Counted from the stretch's first letter, positions 37,850 to 46,246 are shown. The stretch is DNA of 64,000 nucleotides from Candidatus Hydrogenedentota bacterium (GCA_016182605.1 JACPGE010000056.1:28964-92963), one strand, 5' to 3'. Translations and numbers: made by a program. The notes: generated from the sequence alone by a model not told the origin.

Positions 37850-38055
37850 CCCCCTTTCGAAGGGGGGTAGGGGGGATGTAAAGATTTCACTCGTTGCCAA
37901 GGTCCTCCTTGGCAATGCCGTCCCCGGGGCTCCGCCCCAATCCGGGTTCGTGTGGGTTTAGGGGAATCGACATCGAGCGGAGGTCGGGCTTCGGGTGTCG
38001 CGAAGAGTAAGCGGAGCTTCGAAGACGGCGTTCCCAAGGAGGACCTTGGAGAACG
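37850..38055. other. Hairpin-rich inverted-repeat element at the left edge of the low-GC island
   Basis: ccccctttcgaagggggg (37850-37867). ttgccaaggtcctccttggcaa (37894-37915) and its reverse-complement partner cgttcccaaggaggaccttggagaacg (38029-38055), with ~35-nt extended complementarity. Confidence 0.5.
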
Positions 38056-38164
38056 AGGGGAAAGGCAGTACAAGTCATTGGTATAAGGCGGGCATTGTGC
38101 TAGGATACCCACACTTGGCGGGCAGGACGTCCGGGTTAGGGCCTGCCGATCTTTACAGGGAGGT

Positions 38165-38431
38165 ATGTTGAGTGCCATAGGAGACCAGCCAATATGGACC
38201 ACGCCACTGGCTCTCGCGGCCTTGGGCGCCTTTGTTTTTGGCTCGAAGCCAAGTGTGTACACGCTACGGCGAGCACCTATGCGTTACTACGGAGGTCCGT
38301 CGGAACGAGAATTAAGGGCCATCGCAGAGACGTACTTGGCGCAAAAGCTATTTTGCTCCACTTCGGCGATTTTTGTTCTTGCTTTACCTGAGGTAAGGTA
38401 CGGAGATTCGCAAGATGGAGCCTATGTTTAA
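38165..38431 (+). CDS. Small hydrophobic hypothetical protein (88 aa) immediately upstream of the protease gene
   Basis: ATG start. Two hydrophobic stretches. Sits in low-GC DNA. Weak SD spacing. Confidence 0.25.
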   Translation: MLSAIGDQPIWTTPLALAALGAFVFGSKPSVYTLRRAPMRYYGGPSERELRAIAETYLAQKLFCSTSAIFVLALPEVRYGDSQDGAYV

Positions 38432-38455
38432 GTGGAATGACGCGGAGACAGCTAA

Positions 38456-39337
38456 ATGTTTACGAAAGCAATTGAGAATGCAGCAGGCTTCACTCGAGCC
38501 ATCCATTCGATTAGTCGCAACTACGGGTCAACTGTGATCCAGCCCGGGGCGGCTACTCTCTTCTTCGTGAACGCCGATGGTTGGGCGCTGACTTGTGGCC
38601 ATGTTGTCAGGCAACTCCTCGCTTCGGATAAAATCATGGCAAATCGTCAGGCATTCGCGAACGAACTGAACGATCAGCGTGGGGAGAAGAAGGAAAGGGT
38701 ACTGCTACGGGAGTTGGAAAAGAAGTACAATTGCTCCAAGAACGAAATTTTCGAACAGCGCAACTCCTTCGTGAATTGTGTCGACGGAACAATTGATGCC
38801 GAGTGGAAAAGTCACTCCTGTTTGGACATTGCCCTTATCCATTTCCGCAACTTTTCACAATTGCATTGCGATTCTTTCCCAACGTTTGCTGCCAATGGGG
38901 ATGGCCTGAAACAGGGTAAGTTCCTCTGCCGACTCGGTTTTCCTTTCGCGGAGTTCTCGAACTATGCCTACGATGACATCGCGGACACAATCAATTGGAC
39001 AGACATGGGCCAGCAGTACACGCCTTGTTTTCCAATTGAGGGTATGGTAACACGCTACGTGCGCCACGCGGACCAAATTAATTGCTTCGAGATGAGCACG
39101 CCGGGTCTACGAGGTCAAAGCGGCGGACCAGCATTTGACACCGATGGTGTCATTTGGGGAATGCAATTCGCGACGAATCACTTAGACCTGGATTTTGACG
39201 TGAACCAGGAAGTTCTACGCTGTGGATCGAAAAAACGTGTGACAAGTAATGCATTCCTGCATGTTGGTCTTTGCATACATGTTAACGCTTTGAAATCTTT
39301 CATGAAGGAGCATGGAGTACATTTCCAGGAAGCATGA
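38456..39337 (+). CDS. Trypsin-like (S1/chymotrypsin-fold) serine peptidase
   Basis: Catalytic His LTCGHV and Ser GQSGGPAFD (GDSGGP-like). Low GC. 293 aa. Confidence 0.7.
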   Translation: MFTKAIENAAGFTRAIHSISRNYGSTVIQPGAATLFFVNADGWALTCGHVVRQLLASDKIMANRQAFANELNDQRGEKKERVLLRELEKKYNCSKNEIFEQRNSFVNCVDGTIDAEWKSHSCLDIALIHFRNFSQLHCDSFPTFAANGDGLKQGKFLCRLGFPFAEFSNYAYDDIADTINWTDMGQQYTPCFPIEGMVTRYVRHADQINCFEMSTPGLRGQSGGPAFDTDGVIWGMQFATNHLDLDFDVNQEVLRCGSKKRVTSNAFLHVGLCIHVNALKSFMKEHGVHFQEA

Positions 39338-39478
39338 CCTTCCGATGGTATCCGCTCTAACCATCAGGTCGGGTGTAGGGATGGCTTTGGTGGGATATAA
39401 TATCTGCGCATTAGGACAACGAACGTGTTCGGGGATCTGCGGTGAAGGATGCAGCGGCAGTGCGAAGGGCGAGATTGC

Positions 39479-39795
39479 ATGGGTCATGTGCTTTATTCCG
39501 AAGATAACCTGAACATCCTGACGCGGAACATTGGGGATGAGTCGGTGGACCTTGTCTACCTGGACCCACCGTTTAAGAGTGACCAGAACCACAACGTGCT
39601 GTTCAAGGAGATGAACGCGCGCAACCCATGCAACTGGATGCCGCCACTGCGGGCTTCTTCGAATCCAAGACCTGGAAACGCAAATACCCTAAACTCCAAC
39701 TTCTCCGAATCGCCGACCTCCTCGCCGAAAAGAAGATTGACATGCCCCCCGTCCGTCAGGTCGGCGCCACCTTCAAGAAAGCGCCGAAGGCCTAG
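39479..39795 (+). pseudogene. Decayed DNA N6/N4 methyltransferase (intact N-terminus through motif IV DPPF, then frameshift/deletion)
   Basis: MGHVLYSEDNLNILTRNIGDESVDLVYLDPPFKSDQNHNVLFKE, then the frame degenerates. A second-frame remnant follows (...FFESKTWKRKYPKLQLLRIADLLAEKKIDMPP). Confidence 0.45.
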
Positions 39796-39960
39796 GCGAA
39801 AGCACATGAGACGGGGGAATTGCCGCTGGGGGATTAAAGGGGTTGAAACTGGCCACGTGGAAGTACTTGGGTTTGCTTGTAGCCCGTGCCCGATGTCGTT
39901 GTGCAAATGCTTGCCTGAACTTTAATCCTTTTTCCGTCTAGAAGTAGGAGGAACTTTTCA

Positions 39961-41283
39961 ATGGAGTTGCTAGGTGGAGCTAATACCAAGTTGATTCTTG
40001 TCCATTGGGAACCACATGCCTATGCTCGTTTCCCCGCAACCCGTGACCATCAGCTACTTCTTGATATCCTCATGGCGAGTCTGATGTATCGCGAGGTTCT
40101 AATCAAGGATACGGACCTTATCTTGAATGAACGAGTGATCAGCGTGCTTCGAGAACCAAAGATGTTTGACACCTTCACAAAGCTTCTGGAGTTGGGTTTC
40201 GTGAAGATATTATTACGAAAAGTTGAGGATCATGCGCATTCGGGCCTGGATCCTGTCACGGCCCCTTTGACCTTTAGAGCGCACAATATTCGATCCTTCT
40301 ATGCTGATGACTGGAAGCTGTTGGACCATCGCCGCAAATTCTACGCGGCTGTAGACCAAGTGCTCTTAAGATGTCCGAACGCAACAGAATCGGTCACCGC
40401 ATGGCCCCATGACCGCAATCCATTCGCACAGTGGTTCGGGGAGTTACTCGGAAACTGGCAGGAGGTCTCCACGATCCCTGAATTTCGCGGCATCGACGGC
40501 GATGTTGCTAAGCTCCTGAAGAAATTCTGTCACGAGGACGGTGCATGGCTAGACTTCCTAAGCAAACAAAGTCCTGCTCTTGTTAAGCCTGGCGATGACG
40601 ATAGGCTCTTCTTGCGCTCTCAGGTGTCCCGTTGCCTTCACGCGCTTGGAGGTGAACACCCTGGAATAGAAAACCTCATGCAATCCGTGTTCCATGGGCT
40701 TTATTGTTATACACATGAGGCTTCCGGCACCTTCCATGATGGTATTATTGTAGAGCCGCCTCGCTCGGGGGTGGGGCCTCTGCCAATGTTGGGGGGAACT
40801 TCTCAACGACTGCACTTACTTCCTGCAGGTTCTACAAGCATGGAGATCACCCCGGACCTTGTGGACGCCGTTCATAACACGAGACGGAGCAATTCCGGCG
40901 CTTTCGAGGATCTACAATTCCGATTACGGGGCGTGAGCGCTGGCACGGCGCAAGAGACTGCGGTGCACAAGGCATTGGCTCAGGTAGTTGCTGAGTTTGC
41001 GGAAAACATTGAGAAGCTTAGACGCCCAAATGGCTATAGTCCAATCTTTAGTCTCACATGGAATGTCCTGGGATTGGAGGGTGTCGCACTGGCCTTGGGC
41101 TTTGGACCGCTCCAGTCGATTGGTTTGACAACAGCAACTGGGCTTATGTCTATGGCCCCATCTGCTTTGGAATTGTACAGATCACGCTCGAGTGCGGCGT
41201 CAGTCGCCAGGGAAATCAAGACGACGGTTTGCCGATTTCGCGGTTCGCATTTAGAGATTCCAAGTGCAATTGGATGGCGCTAA
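39961..41283 (+). CDS. Hypothetical 440-aa protein with no recognisable motif (island cargo)
   Basis: AGGAGG SD ~9 nt upstream of ATG 39961. Low GC. No motif recognised. Hydrophobic/amphipathic C-terminal region (IFSLTWNVLGLEGVALALGFGPLQSIGLTTATGLMSMAP). Confidence 0.6.
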   Translation: MELLGGANTKLILVHWEPHAYARFPATRDHQLLLDILMASLMYREVLIKDTDLILNERVISVLREPKMFDTFTKLLELGFVKILLRKVEDHAHSGLDPVTAPLTFRAHNIRSFYADDWKLLDHRRKFYAAVDQVLLRCPNATESVTAWPHDRNPFAQWFGELLGNWQEVSTIPEFRGIDGDVAKLLKKFCHEDGAWLDFLSKQSPALVKPGDDDRLFLRSQVSRCLHALGGEHPGIENLMQSVFHGLYCYTHEASGTFHDGIIVEPPRSGVGPLPMLGGTSQRLHLLPAGSTSMEITPDLVDAVHNTRRSNSGAFEDLQFRLRGVSAGTAQETAVHKALAQVVAEFAENIEKLRRPNGYSPIFSLTWNVLGLEGVALALGFGPLQSIGLTTATGLMSMAPSALELYRSRSSAASVAREIKTTVCRFRGSHLEIPSAIGWR

Positions 41284-41460
41284 GTCTCCGATTCGCCCCC
41301 AGGTTCGAGTGTCTTGAAAACTGTCCTCGCCGGAAGGAAGGGTGAAATAAGAATCTTGAATTGCGAATAGGGAATTGTGAAGTGGAGAGAGCAGATTGAA
41401 GGGTGAATGAAGAAGGGTGAAGTTGGGAATTGGGGCGACCAGCAAAAGGGACGAACGATG

Positions 41461-41811
41461 CTTATTCCACCACAGACTATCGAGCAATTCGGACCGGGGA
41501 TTGACCTTTCGGATCAGCCGGGGGGGCGATGTCAGATCCGGCGGCGGATTTTGTGTATGCGCGGAATGCGGTGACGCTGACCTATGACCTGGCGGGCTTC
41601 TCGGGGGTGGGTGATGCTTTCGCTCCGGGCGATTGAGCATGGGGACGAGCCCCATGCGCCGCCCGCGGCGCCGTTTGGAGTGGATGGCAATTTTGACGGG
41701 GTGGCGGTGAGTGTGGACGGAGCGGCGTGGTATGAGATTCAGGGGCTGCGGGACCTGCGTTCGGATACGATATGTCACTGTCACCGGCGGCTCCACTCCC
41801 CTGGGGTTTAA
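41461..41811 (+). pseudogene. High-GC gene remnant (frameshifted fragments) inside the island
   Basis: MSDPAADFVYARNAVTLTYDLAGFSGVGDAFAPGD* followed in another frame by ...IEHGDEPHAPPAAPFGVDGNFDGVAVSVDGAAWYEIQG.... Host-like GC. Confidence 0.3.
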
Positions 41812-41845
41812 GTCGGGAACCTTCGGGTTCCCGCTTTGTCCTTTC
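41812..41845 (+). terminator. Hairpin cgggaacc-UUCG-ggttcccg + U-rich tail. Right copy of the 24-bp direct repeat
   Basis: Identical over cgggaaccttcgggttcccgcttt to 37744..37767. Confidence 0.55.
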
Positions 41846-41895
41846 ATGACGTATACTATCAGCAGATTGGGCCCATGACCCACAGGGAGTTACGC

Positions 41896-42312
41896 ATGGT
41901 AGACGATATAAGATGGAAGCAGCGATTCGAAAGTTTTGATCGTGCATTTGTGCTTCTGCGGGAGGTCTGCGACGCTGGGATTGCGTCCTTGAATCAGTTG
42001 GAGAAAGAAGGCGCGGCGCGCCGCCTTAAGGTGGCCTTCGAACTGGGCTGGAAAACCATGCGAGACTATTTACAGGAGGGTGGCATTGTCATTTCACCCG
42101 TGACGCCGCGCAACGTCATTAAGGAAGCTTTTTCCGCGAAACTGTTACCCGATGCGCAGGTGTGGATTGACATGATGCTGCACCGGAACCTCTTGTCGCA
42201 TACGTATGATTTCAAGGTGGTCGAGGACGTACTGGCGGCCGTGGAGTCCAATTATTTAAACGCTCTGGACGCACTGCACGAGCGCTTCCTCCTGGAGCGG
42301 GCCGATGGCTGA
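41896..42312 (+). CDS. HEPN-domain nucleotidyltransferase substrate-binding protein (HI0074/HepT-like toxin)
   Basis: Start at ATG 41896 (MVDDIRWKQRFESFDRAFVLL) with AGGGAG SD. HEPN-like motif near C-terminus (HRNLLSHTYD, Rx4-6H type). Confidence 0.7.
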   Translation: MVDDIRWKQRFESFDRAFVLLREVCDAGIASLNQLEKEGAARRLKVAFELGWKTMRDYLQEGGIVISPVTPRNVIKEAFSAKLLPDAQVWIDMMLHRNLLSHTYDFKVVEDVLAAVESNYLNALDALHERFLLERADG

Positions 42313-42631
42313 TTGCGGACTCGCACCAAACGAACTTGCACTCCTCTCGGAGGTATTTGCCAATGTCCAGGGCCTTAAAGAGGTTGTGCTCTACGGTTCT
42401 CGGGCCAAGGGAACCCAGCGTCCGGAGTCGGATGTTGATCTCGCATTGATCGGGGTAGACGACGACTTGGAGGCGGAGCGTGTCGCCGATGCGTTGGAAG
42501 AATTGCCGCTGCCCTATAGATTCGACGTGAAGGCCTATGCTCGAATCGGTTATGCGCCATTACGGGATCATATCGAACGGGTCGGGGTTCGTATTTACTG
42601 GCGCGGGGAAAGTGCTCTCCAGATCTCGTAA
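42305..42631 (+). CDS. Minimal nucleotidyltransferase (MNT/MntA-like antitoxin)
   Basis: GSRAKGTQRPESDVDL (GSx9-13DxD pol-beta NTase motif). 8-nt overlap with the HEPN gene. Confidence 0.8.
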   Translation: MADCGLAPNELALLSEVFANVQGLKEVVLYGSRAKGTQRPESDVDLALIGVDDDLEAERVADALEELPLPYRFDVKAYARIGYAPLRDHIERVGVRIYWRGESALQIS

Positions 42632-42749
42632 CGCTCGTTGGCACGTAATGCAGACTATTGGATGCGCCTTCTATATATTCCAACTGCGGAACTTGGGAAC
42701 GGGAATAGATCCCTTGGGGTGTTTAACTTTCCTTTCTTGAAACTTTGCA

Positions 42750-42931
42750 GTACCACGGGGACTGTACCTTGCCGCTGTACAAAACCCACACGGGCAGGAG
42801 CGGCTTCAACGGCAAGGGACCGTACCCAGGCGTGTGGTGCGCATCCTTGTGTCCCGGGTACAGTCCCTGCCGGTGCGGGCTGGTGTTGCAGGGTAGACAA
42901 TATGATATCCGGCAGGTACAGTCCCCTTGGG
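42750..42931. promoter_or_regulatory. Four copies of decamer GGGAC(T/C)GTAC / GTACAGTCCC (2 forward, 2 reverse) in the 5' region of the GH2 gene
   Basis: ggggactgtacc (42757), gggaccgtaccc (42815), gggtacagtccc (42855), aggtacagtcccc (42914). Confidence 0.35.
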
Positions 42932-43008
42932 GGTGTTTGCCTGCGCGTCCCGCTGGAGATTTGTCCCGCGTTTGGCGCACCATAGGGGTTCAACTGGGGA
43001 GATTCTAT

Positions 43009-45255
43009 ATGTTGATACGCAGCCGATTTCTGGCAATGGTGCTCGTGGGAATGCTTACAACGCACGCCGCGGGTGCGTGGGAACCCGTGAAGGGGCAGAT
43101 GCTCTCGAAGTTTGCCGGAGAGGTGACGCCGGACACCGTTTGGGCGGAGTATCCGCGGCCGCAGATGCAGCGGGAGGCGTGGCAGAATTTGAACGGCCTG
43201 TGGGACTACGCTATTCGCCCGAAAGACGAGGCGGTGCCCGCCACCTTCAACGGCCAAATACTCGTGCCCTTTGCCGTGGAGTCGGCCCTATCTGGCGTGA
43301 AGCAGCCGGTAGGTGCGGAGAAGCGCCTGTGGTACAAGCGCAGCTTCACGATTCCGGCAGCGTGGGCGGGACAGCGCGTTTTACTGAACTTTGGCGCGGT
43401 GGATTGGGAGGCGACGGTGTGGGTGAATGGCCAGCAGTTGGGGAGCCATCGCGGCGGTTACGATGTCTTTTCCATGGACATTACGGACGCGCTGAAGCCG
43501 GAAGGCGACCAGGAAATCGTGGTGGGGGTGTGGGACCCGACGGACACCCAGTGGCAGCCGCGTGGCAAGCAGGTGGACAAGCCGGAGGGCATCTGGTACA
43601 CGGCGGTGACGGGCATCTGGCAGACGGTCTGGCTGGAGCCGGTGGCGCCCACGCGTGTGTCGGGCATGAAGCTCGTGCCGGATATTGACGCGTCGGTATT
43701 GAATGCGACGGTCTCCGTCGTGGGGGCGCAGGCGGGCGATCAGGTGGAACTGCGCGCGACCTTGGGCGGCGTGGAAGTGGGGAAGGTCTCGGGCGTTGCC
43801 GGCACGGCTATGGCACTGCCGGTGCCGGATGCGAAGTTGTGGTCGCCGGACACACCCACGCTCTACGACTTGGAGGTGAAGTTGCTGCGGGGCGCCCAGG
43901 CCGTGGACACGGTGAAGAGTTATTTCGGCATGCGCAAGATTGCGCTCGCAAAGGATGACGCGGGCGTCAACCGCCTCTTCCTCAACAATGCGCCCCTCTT
44001 TCAGTTTGGCCCCCTCGATCAGGGGTGGTGGCCGGACGGCCTCTACACGGCGCCCTCCGACGCGGCGCTGCGCTATGACGTGGAGATGACGCGCAAGCTG
44101 GGCTTCAATATGGCGCGCAAGCACGTGAAGGTGGAGCCCGCGCGCTGGTATTACCATTGCGATCAGCTCGGCTTGCTCGTGTGGCAGGACATGCCCAGCG
44201 GCGACGCCTACATCGGTGTGAACGATCCCGACATCACGCGCGGCCCTGAGTCCAAGGGCAACTTCTATACCGAGTGGGGCGCGATTATGCACCAGTTGCA
44301 GAACCACCCTTCCATTGTGATGTGGGTGCCCTTCAACGAAGGCTGGGGACAGTTCGACGTGGCGGAGGTGACGGCCTGGACCAAAGAGCGTGATCCCAGC
44401 CGGCTGGTGAATCAGACGAGTGGCTGGGCGGATCGGGGCGGCAGCGACGTGCACGACATGCACATGTATCCCGGCCCGGGCATGTTTCCCCTGGAGGACG
44501 GCCGGGCCTCGGTGCTTGGGGAGTTTGGCGGGCTCGGCTGGCCCGTGCCGGATCACCTGTGGTGGGACAAGCGGAACTGGGGCTACCGCACCTACGAAAG
44601 CCAGGATGAATTGCGGCAGAACTACGCCACGCTCATTGCGGGCCTGCGTCCGCTCATCGGTGAAGGCCTGGCGGCCGCGGTGTACACGCAAACCACCGAC
44701 GTGGAAGGCGAAGTGAACGGACTGATGACCTACGACCGCGCAGTGGTAAAGATGGAGGCGGACTGGCTGGCCACGGTGAACGCGACGGTCTATGGACCGG
44801 CGCCCAAGCTGGTGGAGGTGGTGCCCACTTCGAAGGTGGCCGCGCAGGTGTGGCGCTATACCGAGGAGAAGCCGGGGCCGGGCTGGCGCGAGGCGAAGTT
44901 TAAGGATAGAGAGTGGAAGACGGGCGAAGGCGTCTTTGGCAGTGCCGGCACGCCCGGCGCCGAAGTGCGCACGGAATGGAAATCGGGCACGATTTGGCTC
45001 CGCCGCGAATTCACTTGGCCGGAGCAACCTGGCAAGGCCGTGTATCTTCGCGCGCACCACGACGAGGACGCAGACGTGTACATCAACGGTGAGACGGCGG
45101 CGCGATTGCGGGGCTATACGACGGACTATCAGTTGTACCCCATGGGTCCCGACGCCGCGAAGTCCTTGAAGGGTGGAAAGAACACGATTGCCGTTCGCTG
45201 TGAGAACAAAGGCGGCGGACAATGCATTGACGTGGGCATCGTGATGGAGGAGTGA
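43009..45255 (+). CDS. Glycoside hydrolase family 2 protein (beta-galactosidase/beta-mannosidase-like), secreted
   Basis: ATG 43009 (MLIRSRFLAMVLVGMLTTHAAGA signal peptide) with GGGGAG SD. GH2 sugar-binding N-domain. Catalytic acid/base region VMWVPFNEGWGQ. Confidence 0.75.
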   Translation: MLIRSRFLAMVLVGMLTTHAAGAWEPVKGQMLSKFAGEVTPDTVWAEYPRPQMQREAWQNLNGLWDYAIRPKDEAVPATFNGQILVPFAVESALSGVKQPVGAEKRLWYKRSFTIPAAWAGQRVLLNFGAVDWEATVWVNGQQLGSHRGGYDVFSMDITDALKPEGDQEIVVGVWDPTDTQWQPRGKQVDKPEGIWYTAVTGIWQTVWLEPVAPTRVSGMKLVPDIDASVLNATVSVVGAQAGDQVELRATLGGVEVGKVSGVAGTAMALPVPDAKLWSPDTPTLYDLEVKLLRGAQAVDTVKSYFGMRKIALAKDDAGVNRLFLNNAPLFQFGPLDQGWWPDGLYTAPSDAALRYDVEMTRKLGFNMARKHVKVEPARWYYHCDQLGLLVWQDMPSGDAYIGVNDPDITRGPESKGNFYTEWGAIMHQLQNHPSIVMWVPFNEGWGQFDVAEVTAWTKERDPSRLVNQTSGWADRGGSDVHDMHMYPGPGMFPLEDGRASVLGEFGGLGWPVPDHLWWDKRNWGYRTYESQDELRQNYATLIAGLRPLIGEGLAAAVYTQTTDVEGEVNGLMTYDRAVVKMEADWLATVNATVYGPAPKLVEVVPTSKVAAQVWRYTEEKPGPGWREAKFKDREWKTGEGVFGSAGTPGAEVRTEWKSGTIWLRREFTWPEQPGKAVYLRAHHDEDADVYINGETAARLRGYTTDYQLYPMGPDAAKSLKGGKNTIAVRCENKGGGQCIDVGIVMEE

Positions 45256-45309
45256 GGAAGAAGTCCCAAAGGCGGCCTTTGCGCCTGCTTGGATCTTGCG
45301 GCGCTTTGA

Positions 45310-46095
45310 TCAGGGAATGCGCTTGAGAAATCCCGTCGGATTGAAGGTCAGGAAGAAGGACTCCCGGGCGCGGTCGCTGATGAACTCTGGATGGTTGGCG
45401 AGGAAGTCGGCAATGGCCTCGTAGGCGCCCGGGATGGGGCCGTAGTCGAGACCATGCCAGCAGTGAGAATCTTCGATGATGAAGTAGCTGCCGGGCGAAA
45501 CCAGGGGGGCGTACGCGTTCAACACGTTGATCGTGTTGTCGTAGGTGTGCGCGCTGTCCTCGATGATCAGTACGGTGTCGCCCTCTTGAATGGATGCGCG
45601 CACCGTGTCGATGGCAGCGCATGCGTCACTCGTGATCAACTGTATCCGCGGGTGGGCGCGCGCTGTGCCTGTAAACGTATCGTGCTGGATATCCACGGCG
45701 AGGACAATGCCCTTGCCGATACGATCGAGCAGGTGGGCAAGGGCGAGGGCGGAACCGCCGTAAGCATTGCCGATTTCCACGATCACGTCGGGTTTCAATT
45801 CCCAGATCAGCTCCTGATAGACCCAAAAATCCAGGGGGTTCTTCAGCGTTTGGATGCCGAAGTAGGAGGTGTGATCTGCGACCCGGGTCTGGAGGAGGCG
45901 GATGATGGCCTTGGCGGACAGGGTCAAATTGTGCTCCATCGGGGGCACTTCACCCACCAGATGCGTCTCCAGTTGGGTGTCTTGATGAATGGTCATTGGG
46001 ATCCCGCAACACGCCAGGGTGCCCGCGCCGCCACGCAGCACAGCGCTCATGCTGCCGCACGCAGTGCAGCGGTAGACTTGGAGTCGTTCAGACAC
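45310..46095 (-). CDS. Desulforedoxin-domain + CmcI-like class I SAM-dependent methyltransferase fusion
   Basis: GTG start. N-terminus VYRCTACGSMSAVLRGGAGTLACCGIPM matches the desulforedoxin CxxCG...CC fold. Remainder resembles the CmcI/rhamnosyl O-methyltransferase family (ELKPDVIVEIGNAYGGSAL). Confidence 0.5.
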   Translation of the reverse strand: MSERLQVYRCTACGSMSAVLRGGAGTLACCGIPMTIHQDTQLETHLVGEVPPMEHNLTLSAKAIIRLLQTRVADHTSYFGIQTLKNPLDFWVYQELIWELKPDVIVEIGNAYGGSALALAHLLDRIGKGIVLAVDIQHDTFTGTARAHPRIQLITSDACAAIDTVRASIQEGDTVLIIEDSAHTYDNTINVLNAYAPLVSPGSYFIIEDSHCWHGLDYGPIPGAYEAIADFLANHPEFISDRARESFFLTFNPTGFLKRIP

Positions 46096-46193
46096 GGGCA
46101 GGGCCCCCTTTGGGTAATGCGGGAAGTATACGCGCGCGACTATAGAAAGTAAACGGCGAAACGGCCCTTGGGTCTGTCACGAGCGTCCTGAAG

Positions 46194-46231
46194 CAAAAAA
46201 ACGCCGCCGATGGGCTGGGCCACCGGCGGCG
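46194..46231 (-). terminator. Rho-independent terminator for the giant dehydrogenase gene
   Basis: cgccgccg/cggcggcg 8-bp GC stem followed on the minus strand by a T7 run (plus-strand A-run at 46195-46201). Confidence 0.6.
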
Positions 46232-46246
46232 TTGGTGAGGACGGGG

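Larger units (their letters stand above)
38100..42650. mobile_element. Horizontally acquired low-GC genomic island (approximate bounds)
   Basis: GC ~45-52% versus ~66% in flanks. Cargo: trypsin-like protease, decayed DNA methyltransferase, 440-aa protein with no recognisable motif, HEPN/MNT TA pair. Bounded by identical hairpin repeats at 37744 and 41814. No integrase seen. Confidence 0.55.

Noticed and set aside
37729-38262. 177-aa minus-strand ORF at the island's left edge
   Set aside because: Overlaps the hairpin-rich inverted-repeat element; Pro/Ser/Arg-rich translation. Judged non-coding.
42633-42650. Sigma-54-like TGGCACG-N4-GCA motif downstream of the MNT gene
   Set aside because: GG-to-GC spacing is 8 nt rather than the required 10, so not a credible -24/-12 promoter.
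43381-45222. 613-aa minus-strand ORF
   Set aside because: Antisense to the GH2 gene.
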